A stretch of DNA of 64,000 nucleotides from Felis catus (Eukaryota): contig NC_058368.1 in the NCBI RefSeq assembly GCF_018350175.1, positions 84,570,001 to 84,634,000 on the forward strand, read 5' to 3'. Both the position numbers and the translations under genes were made by a program. The notes beneath the pieces were generated by a model. It did not search any database. It saw only the letters and a program-made list of their open reading frames with translations, and was not told where the DNA came from. Numbering within the stretch: position 1 is the stretch's first letter; the number at the start of each line of letters is the position of its first letter. Positions 52,041 through 64,000 of this stretch are shown here, one piece after another.

Positions 52041-52259
52041 GACCAAAATCCCTGCATCCCATCAAAACACAGAAAAGTTGAGTCCCTTCTCATCTGGGAC
52101 TGACTTCAGCCTGAGGTCCTTGACGTCTGTCACCTGTACAACCTTCCTGCTTGGGGGAGTTCTCCTCCTCATAAGAAAATAATATCAGGCCCTAACAATG
52201 AGACTTTGTATTAAATTGAAGACTTTGTATTTGAAGACTTTGTATTAAATTTCAAGACA

Positions 52260-52566
52260 GGACATGAGGAGAGGGGCTTGGAGGAAGTTGCAGAGGAGAC
52301 CCAGGCCCTGAGCACAGAGGAGTTACCATCCGAGATCTTCCAGATAAGGGGGAGGTTCTCCTAAGTGGAGGGAAAGGTGGAGGCCTTAGAAGAACAGGCC
52401 CAGCAGTTGGGTGAGATGGAGGATCAGCTGCATGAGGTGGAGAGATTCTTGTGCTCACTAAGGACTTCCTGGAAGCTTTGGCTTTCAAGGCAATTTACAC
52501 GGGGCAAAGTCCACCACTAACTCACATGAGATGGAATAAAAGGGGGGCTGGAAAAAGTGTATTCAT
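52260..52566 (-). pseudogene. IGHV: VH clan II relic with an IGHV2-like leader
   Basis: ATGAATACACTTTTTCCAGCCCCCCTTTTATTCCATCTCAT|GTGAGT (52566-52520) versus IGHV2 ATGGACACACTTTGCTCC...CCATCCCTTCAT|GTGAGT. NLSTSC-S*SSISPNCWAC resembles [20 protein letters not shown]. Confidence 0.68.
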
Positions 52567-52649
52567 TTCCAGGAGTGGGAGCATGGCATGAGTTTACAAT
52601 TTACATGAGTGTTAAATAAATAAAATGATCATTTCAGAATTATTAAGAG

Positions 52650-52830
52650 AAACAATCCCTGGTTATACTGATGTGCAGCCTGGCTTGCAGTCACTACTGC
52701 ATCTTATAACTCCTCACATTGTCCTGATGTGAGGGCAGAGGTCTCCATGGATCTGAGAAAGTGTCAGTGAACTATAGGGAGCTGACACTGAGCACAATAT
52801 ACCTGCCCTCATCAACACTGTCCCACATAT
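52650..52830 (-). pseudogene. Possible short VH relic
   Basis: CAG|GTATAT...CTGAC..TTTCTCAG forms a ~50-nt intron. TGCAAGCCAGGCTGCACATC resembles CKASGYTF. Confidence 0.35.
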
Positions 52831-52895
52831 TGACTTCTAGAACCCAATGACAGCTGCTGAAGTCAGATCTTTTCTGATCGAAGGGAAAAGAGAAA

Positions 52896-53559
52896 CAGTA
52901 TGTCCTCACACAGGTATTTCTCATAAATCATTTCTGGCCTGAGGGCTCCCAACCAGATTGTTGATAAACTTGAGTTTGGTCCCCAGGGTGAAGTCTCCAC
53001 ACTCGGCCACCACAGCAGGTGTTTCTCCACTTCAGGTTCTTGTCTGATGCAGTCCTTTGAAGAGCAAATGTGACAAACCAGGGAACCAGACAGGAGGGAG
53101 GCCAGAGGCATTGAACCACTCCCTGTCTCTGCTTGAGGAGGTGCAGTAAGCAGAGAAGAATGTGAAGGGCCATGATGGTGGGCTCTTTTCTAACTTCAGA
53201 ACAGAAGGAAGCACTGCAGGAATTGGGGGACATATGTGGGATTCAGATTTTGTGCTTTTGATGCAGGGATGGAAGGGCAGAATGTGAGAGAGGTGGGAAG
53301 AGATGTGCTTTAGAGATTGTAGGGTGTGCATGGGAATAAAGTGGCCACTCTCAAGATGCAGAGCTGAGATTCCATGATGAATTGGCACTGAGGCTTAAAA
53401 GGGAGTTGGAGGTTAAGTTTCCAGGCTCAGCCCCTGCTGGGAAATAATCCCTCTTAGCTCCAGGGATGTGGGGTGGAAGCTCAGGTGAGGTGCAGATTCA
53501 AGTGACATGGGGCCCACCTGTGGCTCCAACTGAGGTGCAGGGGAAGAGCCTAGAGCTAT
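52896..53559 (-). pseudogene. IGHV: VH3-like pseudogene retaining promoter, leader and V exon
   Basis: Leader CC-ATA(ATG lost)...GCCACAG|GT (53517). LHLLKQRQGVVQ...SCLVPWFVTF resembles VQLLESGGGVVQ...SCAASGFTF. Also DCIRQEP (~WIRQAP), SV..FTL, TGTGTGAGGA and heptamer-like CATACTG (52902-52896). Confidence 0.78.
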
Positions 53560-53665
53560 GGAACCTGAGCTGAGCTCAAGGAAGTCTGTTCCTAGCACCT
53601 GGGCATAAACTGATGGGGGCCATGCAGAAGCTAGCTCTGGACTCTAGCCAGCACTAGACTCTTTC

Positions 53666-53716
53666 TTTATAGATACTACATGAACAGTGTATGTGACTCA
53701 TTTGAATATTCATGAG
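53666..53716 (-). promoter_or_regulatory. IGHV-type heptamer-octamer promoter with TATA box
   Basis: CTCATGAATATTCAAAT (53716-53700) matches 16 of 17 bases of canonical CTCATGA-AT-ATGCAAAT. TATAAA at 53671-53666. About 140 nt upstream of the leader. Confidence 0.8.
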
Positions 53717-54419
53717 CCTTAACAAGACACAATGTAAGTAATTCCATAATCTTTAATGTCTCTTATCCAAATATTCCTCATGTAAAGCTGGGAAGATGTT
53801 CTGATGGCCTTGGGTTGTCTTGTGATGTTTCTAGAGTCTTATAATATCCTTGTCCTGCGTCTGTTGCCTCTACAATCTCCCTGGGCCAGGATGTACAGAA
53901 GTAGTGTTCTAAATCCCAAATATGCTCAAGGCCCCACTTCTCTTCCCTGACATCTTTAATAGTTGTATTTCCCATACTTAAGACCCAACCTAATTCACCA
54001 CCACCCCTGCCCCAAGACTGTGTTTTATCCTGTCCTCCTCCAACATGGATCCTTCCTTCAGTCCTCACACTCATCCTGCCCTTAGTCTGACATTGTTCTC
54101 GCCATTCTTGTTGCCTGGGACTTCTTTTCTCACCATTGCCACTGCCAGACTTCTATACATCCTTTAGGGTCCCTAAATCTGCCCTCGACTCTACTGGGCA
54201 GAGTTTATTGCTTTAAAACTATCTGCAGTAGTGCCTATCTCATAGAACATTTCCCCGTTTGTTTAGGTTCTGTACTTTGTTTGCCCAAACAAGAAATATG
54301 ATCAGTAATTACAGCAGTGATAGGTATATTCTTCCTACAATAGAACCCATGACCACGGTGCCCATAAATTGCCCCCAAAGTCTCATTCTACTATATTTTT
54401 ATTCTTCATTTTTCCATCT

Positions 54420-57400
54420 CAACTGACATGGAAAGTTAGAAACATAGAAAATTACCAATTAGAATTAAATTCCTAGATTGAAGCAAATTAATTAAGCAGA
54501 AGGAGGGATAGAATACATGAATACCTATAGAAAGAAAGGAGTTTAAATATTTCCCCACAAAGAAAAGCCCAACCCCCTATGGGCTCACTGGTAGTTACCA
54601 AACATTTAATAAAAAATAATTACCAGTCTTTCAGAAACACGTCTGAAAGTGGGGAAGAATTGGGAAGTTTACCAATTCATTTATCAATTTATTTTATGAG
54701 ACGAGTTATTATCCAGATAACAGAAACAGCAACACCACCACAATTAACCTACACACCATATATCTCATGTGTATAGGCACACACATTTTCCAAACAATTT
54801 TACAAATTGAATGTACCATTGTATAAAAATACACATTATGAACAAGCAGGATTATCTTTCAAATGAAATTTGGTTTAATGTCCAAATATCAATTAATGTA
54901 ATGCATCATATTGGTAGATTATAAAACTAAAAATAATTATTTCAATAAATATAAAAAGAATTTGTCATAACAAAGGGCTAGCGATTTTATTTTTATTTTT
55001 CCATGTATTTGTTTATTTATGTTTGTTTATTTGTTTTATTTATTTATTTAATTTATTTTAAAATGTTTAGTTAAATTCAAGGTAGGTAATATCCAATGTA
55101 TTATTGGTTTCAGGAGTAGAACACAGTGATTCATCTCTTACATATAACAACCAGTGCTCACCCCAACAAGTGACCTCCTTAATGCGCATCACCATTTAGC
55201 CTATCCACCCTCCCTTCTATCCTCCAGCAACTCTCAGTTTATTCACTCTATTTGAGTCTTTACTTGTTTGCCCCCTCTCCATTTTAATTTTTTTCGTTTC
55301 CCCTATATTAATAAATTTTGTTTCTTAAATTCCACTTATGAGAGAAATCACATATTTGTCTCTGACTTATTTCACTTAATATAATACACTCTAGTTACAT
55401 CCACATTGTTGCAAATGGCAAGATTTCACTTTTTGATCACCACGTATTATTCCATTGTATTTGTATGCCACACGTTTATCCATTCATCAGTCAATGAATA
55501 TGTGGGCTCTTTCAACAATTTACCTATTGTTTTTTTTTAATATAAGTTACTATCAAATTGGATTCCTTCTCTCCCTCTCTCTCTGCCCCTCCCCTGCCCA
55601 TACTGTCTCTGTCTGTCTCAAAATAAATGACTAAACTTAAAAAGAAATGATTGGGTCTTCAGTTGTTCTATGTAAGGGATGAATCACTAAATTCTATACC
55701 TGAAACTAATATTACACTGTATGTTAATAACTAAAATTTAAATAAAAGTTTGGAGAGAGTCTGGATGGCACAGTCAGTTAAATATCCAAATCTTGATTTT
55801 GGCTTAGGTCTCACTGTTCCTGTGTTCAAGACCCATGTTGGGCTCTATGACAGCACAGAGCCTGCTTGAGATTCTCTGTCTACCCCTACCCTGACTGTTG
55901 GAAAGGAAGTAAACTCTCACTCTTTGCAGATGCCCATGATAGTACATAGTAAAAACCCTAAAGCCTTTAGTGTTTTTTTTTCCCCTATAGGGTAAAAACC
56001 CTAAAGACTCCACCAAAAAACGAAAACATAAAGAAAACAATTAAAAGTAATAAGTGCAGGTATGTTACACCACAGTTTGGGATTAAGAGAAGAATGCCCA
56101 ATTTTACCACTACTAGTCAGCATTATACTGAATAGAGTATCATCTAACAAGAAGAAACAAATGGCTTCCCTGGTGGAAGCCTATGTAGATGACACTATCC
56201 TGTGCATACAATTTTCTAGGGAAATGAGTAAAAAACCCTAAAACTAATTACTTGTTTGTACAAGTTGGCAATACAGAGAAATAACATACAAAATTAGAAT
56301 AATTATTATACAATAACAATGAGCAATCTCAAAATTATATTAAGAAACAATTTTACTTAAAATAAAATCAATTATATTTAGAAATAAATTTACTAAAAAA
56401 TTTAAGCCTTAGCCACTAGTATGTAAAACACATGATGAAAGAATTCATACATCTTAATAAAATGAGACATTCAGTATTCAAAAATATTAATACTTAATCT
56501 TATAAAGGTCACAGTATTCATAAGTGAATAAAATAATTCAATGCAATTCTTTTTTATAGTCCCAACTACCATTTTTTAAATAGAATTTGGCCAAAAGACC
56601 TTTATTACATACTGATATGTAACAGAAATCGAACAACCAAATCAATGGTGGAATATAAAAATAATTGGATGGCTTATCTTATAATTTTTGTTGTTGAAAG
56701 CAGGACATACAGTATGGAGTAGTGGATTTATGGTAAATACTTATTAAGTGTATTTGTGAACTCAGATTCCCCTATTGTATAAGTCTTGTGTGGAGAGTTG
56801 TACTAGTCTAGATGAAAGTTATGCTAGGATTAATATTTGTTATGGCAATTATCACCCTGTGAGCACTAGATCATTCAAATTCTTTTCAGGTAACCTTGCC
56901 TTTATGTCTTGAACTTCTGTGATTTCTATTTGTTCTTCTTACAAGATATAGTCTGCTGAGTGCAATGGACTCACTATATTCTATTGTAATTGTACTCCAT
57001 GCTTGCTCATGTAGTGCTAATGTTTTTTTTTTTTTTTTCTTTTTTAATGTTCTCACTAAATATCAATCTTGGTCAAAACTGTTTACTAGGGTGTTGGGAC
57101 ATTCACTCCAGACAGAATGCTTGTTCAAGGACAGGCCCTTCCTGCCCTTCCCCCAGAGGTAGAGGTGCTCTATTTATCTGCCTCTCTCTTACCAAGCTGA
57201 AAAGGACTTGCAAGAGTGCCTATGTAAATTAAGGCTTTGGTTTCCTTATGAGAGATGAATCTTTCCAGAGATTCAGGTGGTGCAAACCCCATGTTTGTAG
57301 ATTTTAAGGTTGCATGTTGTTACACATGCCCCCTCCAGGTGCTCATTAAAAACTTTCAATTCAATTTTAGTAGTTTATATGACCTTCTGGGTGCAAATTT

Positions 57401-59370
57401 TGGGTCCTGTATAACATGCAGTCTCTTATTTCCTCAAATGCAATGTTAGTTGTCTGCCCTGAGACCTCAGTTATCTTATGTATTCAGGAAAAGTTATTAA
57501 TTTGCAGTTTTTAAAGATTTATTCTTGTTGAAAGTGTGGGAACAACTCTTTATGCCAGTTCTGACCATTAACAAATTAAAACCAATAATTATTTTAAATA
57601 TCTTCTTCAATTTCATAGAGACAGAATTCATTTTAGAACTATATCGGTGCTGCTCTAGCTGTGCTAATATCTCTTTAGACATTTTCCATATTTGTATGAG
57701 TTTATCTCTCCATTTAAATTCAGGTTTAATTCCTTGTTAACCTAATAGCCTGCTGCTCTACTTTATTATAGTTGATTTACTTCACTAAGTTATTTTTAAC
57801 CTTTTTCAAATATTTAAACCATTAGTGTGTGTGGTTACTGGAGATCAGCTTATAAGTTAACATGTCTCCTCAACCAATGATTTATGGTTTCAGCCCTGAA
57901 CCACGTCATTCCTGAAGTCAGATCATCCTTTAGAATGCATTTACTTATTTTAATTTTCAGTGGCTATTCACTGATAATATTCTCTATGTCACTAGAATTT
58001 TAGGCCTTATGGATCTGAACACACAGTGAACTATATGGATAGCCATATTACTTGGCCTCTTGAGGGTGCAATTCCTTAGTGAAAAAAAAAAATATATATA
58101 TATATATATATTACCATTCTGTGATTTGCAACCCAGATTAATCACCTTGAAATATGAGCCAGAGTTGAGTGATTAAGAATGTACACTTACTCATGTAAAT
58201 AAAGGAATTTTGATAAATTTTCAATTTTATAGAAAAAACATAGAAATACATTTTCTGATACAAATATCAGAGGGAAAATCAAAATAACATTATAATAAAA
58301 AATAACAATTAACTGATAATCATGTATATATTATATATTTGTATATATATGTATGTATATATGTATAGTATGATCCACCTTCCTATGCAAAATCATTTGC
58401 TTTTAAACTCTCATCAGTTATGTTTTTATTTGCCCTATACACTCATGGGAAACTCTGTCTTTGTTTTATATATTTAGTATATATTATGTGGCCTTTTTTT
58501 TATGGTACAATGCACATAAAACACACCACTGTGACCATTTAAAAATGTACAGTTCAATGCATTTCAATATAGTAAGTTGTACAACCATCAGCTTTTTTGA
58601 CACATAAAACATGACTCATAACCAATAAACAGTCATTCCCTATTCCTCCCTCCATATTGTCCCTGGCATCACTAATCTGCCTTCTCTCCCTATTCATTTG
58701 CCTTTTCTGGACATTTGATATAAATTGAATTGCACAATATATGGCAATTATTATCTGGCTTATTTCACTTAACATTTTTGAAGTTAATCCATGTTGTGGC
58801 ATCTCTCAGTACTTCATTAATCTTTGTGGTGGAGCAATTTTCCTTTGTATTAATCTATTACATATGAAGACTTAGGTTGTTTCCTTTTGATTGTTGTGAA
58901 AAAAGTTCTGTAAATATCTGTGCAAGTTTTGAGCAAATATTCTTTCACTTCTTTGTGTATATACCAAGTAGTGATATACTGGGTTACACAGTCTTAACTT
59001 ATTAGGAAACCACCAGGGTGGTTTGCATACCTTTTGCACAATTTTAATTTTTTTTAATGTTTATTTATTTTTGAGAGACAGAGCATGGGTAGGGGAGGGG
59101 CATAGAGAGAGGGAGACACAGAATCTGAAGCAGGCTCCAGGCTCTGAGCTGTCAGCACAGAGCCTGTTGTGGGGCTTGAACCCACAAGATGTGAGATCAT
59201 GACCCGAGGTGAAGTTGGATGTTTAACCGGCTGAGCCACCCAGGTGCCTCTTTGCACAATTTTACATCCACACCAGCAAGTATAGGGTTATGAATTTCTC
59301 CACAACAATGACAATTTTATCTTCCTTTTCAATTATAGACATTTTAGAGAGTATGAAGTGGCAGGTAAGT
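54420..59370. mobile_element. Patchwork of old L1 fragments on both strands and CanSINE pieces, including a CanSINE at 59045-59248 (-)
   Basis: Decayed ORF2 (+) at 54420-56690, L1 3' ends (-) at ~55000-55530 and ~58490-59370. SINE TSD TTTGCACAATTTTA. Confidence 0.75.
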
Positions 59371-59389
59371 GTTTTTATTAGAGCTGTAT

Positions 59390-62300
59390 GGGGAGGAGCC
59401 AAGATGGCAGAACACCAGGAAAGTTTTTTTGTGTGTCCTGTGTCCATGAAACAGCCATACCAACACTAAACCATCCTACAAACCTAGAAAACTGATTGGA
59501 AGATAAACACAACAATCTGCACAACCTGAACCACAGAATTCAACAGGTATGTGGCACAGAGAGGTGAACTTGGGGAGAGAGAAGCCAATGGCGGGCAAGG
59601 AGCTGTTTTTGCAGGCAGAGAGAGGACAGAGACTGGGGGGGGGCATAATATGGGTAAAGTACCCCTCCCCAAAAGCAGCTGGAGAGAAAGTGGAAAATTG
59701 GAAACAGCCACAGGGACTAAACTAAAAAGGGAGAAAGGAGAGGGTTTAAATTCCTTTAAGACTGTAAACAAGGGGAGCACAAAGTCTGCAACTCCACAGC
59801 TTGATACCTGGTGGTGCTCTGGGGGAAAGGATGAATCCACAGGAACAGAGTGGGGTCCAAGAGGTTCTCAGATCACACAGGGAAAAGGGGCTTCACTGCT
59901 GGAAGGACATTTGGTAGAGACTGTTGAAGCCACCTTGTCCCAGCAGACCCCAGAAAATGGCCACATTCGCTGGTGCTGGAACAAGGTCATTAAGGGTGAA
60001 GCCTTAAAATCAGATGTGTGTTGTGATTTTCCATAATCCCTGAAAAGCTGTTGCTACACTATCTCACAAACTTTTTCTGGGGCTGGCTGGTACCTGGCCA
60101 CAGTCTCAGGGACCTGGCAGCAGCAGGGTCCCGCAAGTGTTCCTGGGTGCAGCCGGCATTTGGCCATTGCTCAGTGAGACCGTCCCACAGAGGGGCAGAA
60201 TGGGTCAAAGCTGCAGTCCTTCAGAAGTAAGAGGCTAGAGAAAACAGCTGCATCTGAGACAAAACTTGGGAGAGAGGTACTGCTTGGAGCTTGGTCATGG
60301 ACAGTGAAGAAGCAGGGAGTTGACAAAAGCTGAAGAGAGAGGATGGGTGCACGATTGTTGATCGGGGAGAACAAAGTTTGGATACTAGAGACTGGGTAGC
60401 TGGGTGACGCCATTTTCACCACTCCTTTTCACCGTACACCTACTAGCCCTGCAACAATCCACCCCAGTAGGCTAGCAGCACCATCTAGTGGAGAATGGAA
60501 CCTTTACACTAAGGCCTGCCCAACTGGCCAACCTCACTCTTCAAGAACACAAGTCTCACCACCTACTTAGTTTATGAACTATAAAGTGCTACATAGTCTG
60601 ACTTCTAGGGGAAAACGAAGTAATTTCAGTGCTATTTCAATCTTTTAGCAGGTCCATCTATTCAATTTTATTTCAGTTTTCTCCTTTACACTACTTTTCA
60701 TTTTCTTGAATACAGAAAGAGAAAAATTCTTTTTCACATTCAATTTTTATTAAAAATATTTTTCTTTAAAATGTTTTACTATATTTTTTAGGTTTGTGTA
60801 AATTTTTCAAATTCTATCTTACTTCCATCATTTTATTTTAGTCTACTTCAGTGTATTCACCTTTTCAAATTTTCAAATGATTTCCTTTTTTACTTTTTCT
60901 TTTTCTTTTTTCTCTTTCTTTTCTCTTATTTTTCTTGAATGCAGAAAGAACACTTCATTTTCAATTTCAATTTCTATTATAAATATTTTTCTTTAAATTT
61001 TCACTGTATTTTTTGCTTTTATGTAAATTTTTCATATTCTATTTCACTTTCACCATTTTATTTTAGTCTACTACAGTGTATTTGCTTTTTCAAATATTCA
61101 AAAGATTTCTTTTTTTCCTCTTTTTTTCTCTTCTTTGTTTCTTTTCTTTGTCTTGAATACAGAAAGAGAAAAAATTCATTTTTATTTTTAATTTTTATTA
61201 AATATTTTCTTTATTTTTTCTACTATATTATTTACTTTTGTGTATTTTTTTCAGATTCTATTTTACTCCCATCATCTCATTTTAGTCTAATTCAGTGTAT
61301 CATTTTTTCAAATTCTCAAATGATTTCCTTTTTTTCCCCTTCTATTTTCTCTATTTTCACACCATTTCCAACATCCAGACCAAAACACACCTAGGATCTA
61401 GCATCATTCATTAGATTTTTTATTGTGTGTGTGGGTGTGTTTTAATTTTTTAATTTTAATATTTAATTTTAATTTTTTAATTTTAATTTTTCTACCTCAT
61501 TAATTTCTTTACTCCATTTAAAATGACAAAACAATGGAATTCATGCCAAAAGAAAGAGCACAAAGAAACAACAGCCAACCAACAAAGATACAAGCAGATG
61601 TCTAAACCAGAATTTAGAATCATGATAATAAGAATACTAACTGGAGTCAAAAATAGATTAGAATCCCTTTCTGAAGAGATAAAAGAAGTAAAACCATAGC
61701 CAGAATGAAATTAAAAATGCTATAACTGAGCTGCAATCATGGATGGATGCTGTGGCAGCAAAAATGGATGAGGCAGAACAGAGAATCAGTGATATCAAGG
61801 AAAAAGTTATAGAGAATAATGAAGCAGAAAAAAAGAGGGAGATAAAGGCAAAAGAGCACGATCTAAGAATTAGAGAAATCAGTGACTCATTAAAAAGGAA
61901 CAACATCATACAGGTCCCAGAAGAGGAAGAGAGAAATAGGGGTAAAGGTTTATGTGAATAAATCATAGCAGAAAACTTTCCTAACCTGGGGAAAGATACA
62001 GACATCAAAATCCAGGAAGCACAGAGGACCCCCATTAGATTCAACAAAAACCGACCATCAACAAGGAATATCATAGTCAAATTCACAAAATACTCAGGCA
62101 AGGAGAGAATCATGAATGCAGCAAGGGAAAAAAGTCCCTAACCTACAAGGGAAGACAGATCAGGTTTGCAGCAGACCTATCCAGAGAAACTTGGAAGGCC
62201 ATAAAGGAGTGGCAGGATATATTCAGTGTGCTGAATCAGAAAAAAAATATGCAGCCAAGAATTCTTTATCCAGCAAGGCTGTCATTCAAAATAGAAGGAG

Positions 62301-62440
62301 AGATAAAAGTTTCCCAGACAAACAAAAATTAAAGGAGTTTGTGACCACTAAACCAGCCCTGCAAGAAATTTTAAGGTGGACTCTCTGAGGGGAGAAAAGA
62401 TAAATATATACCAAAAGCTACAAAGCTTAGAAAGGACTTA
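59390..62440 (+). mobile_element. L1 5'UTR plus ORF1, same family as 4850-12069, 3'-truncated
   Basis: GGGAGGAGCCAAGATGGCAGAACA start, the same three AT-rich 5'UTR repeats, ORF1 fragments 61743-62388. Confidence 0.93.
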
Positions 62441-62479
62441 CTTCACTTAGCACAATATCCTTAATAGAAAGGATACAAA

Positions 62480-64000
62480 TTATATACAATTTTAATACAT
62501 GCAAAAAGAGCATTTGAGAAAGTACAACATCCATTAATGGTAATAACCCACAACAATGTAGGTTTAGAGGGATCATATCTCAAGGAAATAAAGGCCATGG
62601 ATGAAAAATACCACAGTTAACCTCATACTCAGTGGGGGAAAAAATTAAAGCTTTTTCCCTAAGGTCAGGAATAAGACAAGAATATCCACCCAAATCCTTT
62701 TAATTCTATATAGTACTAGAATTCCTAACCACAGCAATCAGAGAAAAAATAAATAAATAAATAAAATAAAATTCTCCAAATCAGTAGGAAGAGATAAAAC
62801 TTCCACTATTTGCACCTAACATGATATTATGTATGGAAAACCCTGAAGACTGAACAAACACATACAGAAAAGTACTAGAACTGGTAAATTCAGTAAAGTC
62901 ACAGGATACAAAATAAATAGTCAGAAATCAGTTACATTTCTAAACACTAATAATGTCTCAGCAGATATATAAATACCTAAAAATGTAGATATATAAGTAC
63001 CTAAAAATAAACTTAACCATTAGCTAAAAGACCTTAATCTGAAGACTATTTAAAAAAAATTGAAAGAAAATGAAGACATAAAGAAATGGAAGATATTGTA
63101 TGCTCATGGATTGGAAGAATAAATATTGTTAAAATGTCTAAACTACCCAAAGAAATACACACTTTCGATTAAATCCCTATGACATTACCAATGGAATTTA
63201 TCACAGACCTAGAACATATGTATGGAACCAAAAAACACCCTAGAAAGCCAAAGTAACCTTGAAAAAGAAAAACAAAACTGGAAGTATCACAATTCCAGAC
63301 TTCAAGTTATACTACAAATCTGTGGTAAATTAAACAGTATGCTATTGGCAGAAGAGTAGACACTTAGATCAATGAAACAGAAAATAAAATCCAGAATAAA
63401 ATCCACAATTATGTTGTCAATTAATCTTCAACAAAGAAAGAAGAATATCCACTGGTAAAAAAAGACAGTCTCTTCAACAACACCAACAAATGGTATTGGG
63501 AAAACTAGACAGCCACATACAAATGATAAAACTGGAACAATTTCTTACACCATACACATAAACTCAAAATAGACTAGGTACCTAAATGTAAGACTTAAAG
63601 TCATAAACATACTAGAGGGGAACAGGCAGTAATTTATCTGACATTAAATATAGCAAAATCTTTCTAGATATGCCTTCTGAGGCAAGAGAAACAAAGGCAA
63701 AAATAAACAATTTAGATCACATCAAAATAAAAAGCTTCTGGTGCACCTGGTGAGCTCAGTCAGTTAAGTGTATGATTTTTTTTCCCCTCAGGTCATTGTC
63801 TCACATTTTGTAGGTTCAAGGCAGCATGGAGGCTGTTTGGGATTTTCTCTTTCTTCCCTCACTCTCCATTCCCTCCCCCACCCCATATAAATAAATAAAC
63901 TTTAAATATATATATAAAAAAACTTCATAGGGAAGAAAACAATCAATAAAACTGAAAGGCAAACTTCAGAATGGGAGGTGATATTTGCAAATGACATATC
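62480..64000 (+). mobile_element. Older L1 ORF2 (RT to C-terminal region) with a CanSINE at ~63740-63905; runs off the window
   Basis: [19 protein letters not shown] and LFN..KWYWEN motifs. Confidence 0.85.

Noticed and set aside
52962..52994. Minus-strand FTLGTKLKFI resembling a J segment (FGxGTKL), suggesting a pre-joined VJ
   Set aside because: It falls where FR3 FTISRDNSK is expected and is followed by the rest of FR3 and a CVR-like end. There is no splice donor after it.
57880..57925. Minus-strand LQE*RGSGLKP resembling VH FR1
   Set aside because: Isolated, and equally matches an MLT1 LTR motif.

Overview
Mammalian genomic DNA. Young carnivore tRNA-derived SINEs of the felid type and cat-type LINE-1s point to a felid. 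Most of the window is transposon sequence: two full-length but disabled L1s (4850-12069 +, 20405-26290 -) nested in older L1s with clear target-site duplications, many L1 fragments, a dozen or so CanSINEs, a probable solo LTR and an ERV-internal remnant. I found no intact host protein-coding gene. The main surprise is that nearly all non-repeat sequence reads, by eye, as heavily decayed immunoglobulin heavy-chain V (IGHV/VH)-like genes (leader, short intron, V exon), about 20 candidate relics of uneven strength. About nine are packed head-to-tail between 34 and 40 kb with almost no spacer. They resemble all three VH clans, and a block at 26.7-32.5 kb is inverted. One duplicated relic is split by an L2 fragment, which suggests the cluster died very early in mammalian evolution. 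One relic keeps a near-canonical IGHV heptamer-octamer/TATA promoter. No D, J or C segments and no intact RSS were seen. A second unexplained element (49.3-52.25 kb, with a partial inverted copy at 16.7-17.65 kb) joins a CRE/CCAAT/TATA promoter-like head to a mostly frame-preserving 75/150-bp tandem array. All V calls are manual motif alignments against remembered consensus sequences and need HMM or BLAST confirmation.
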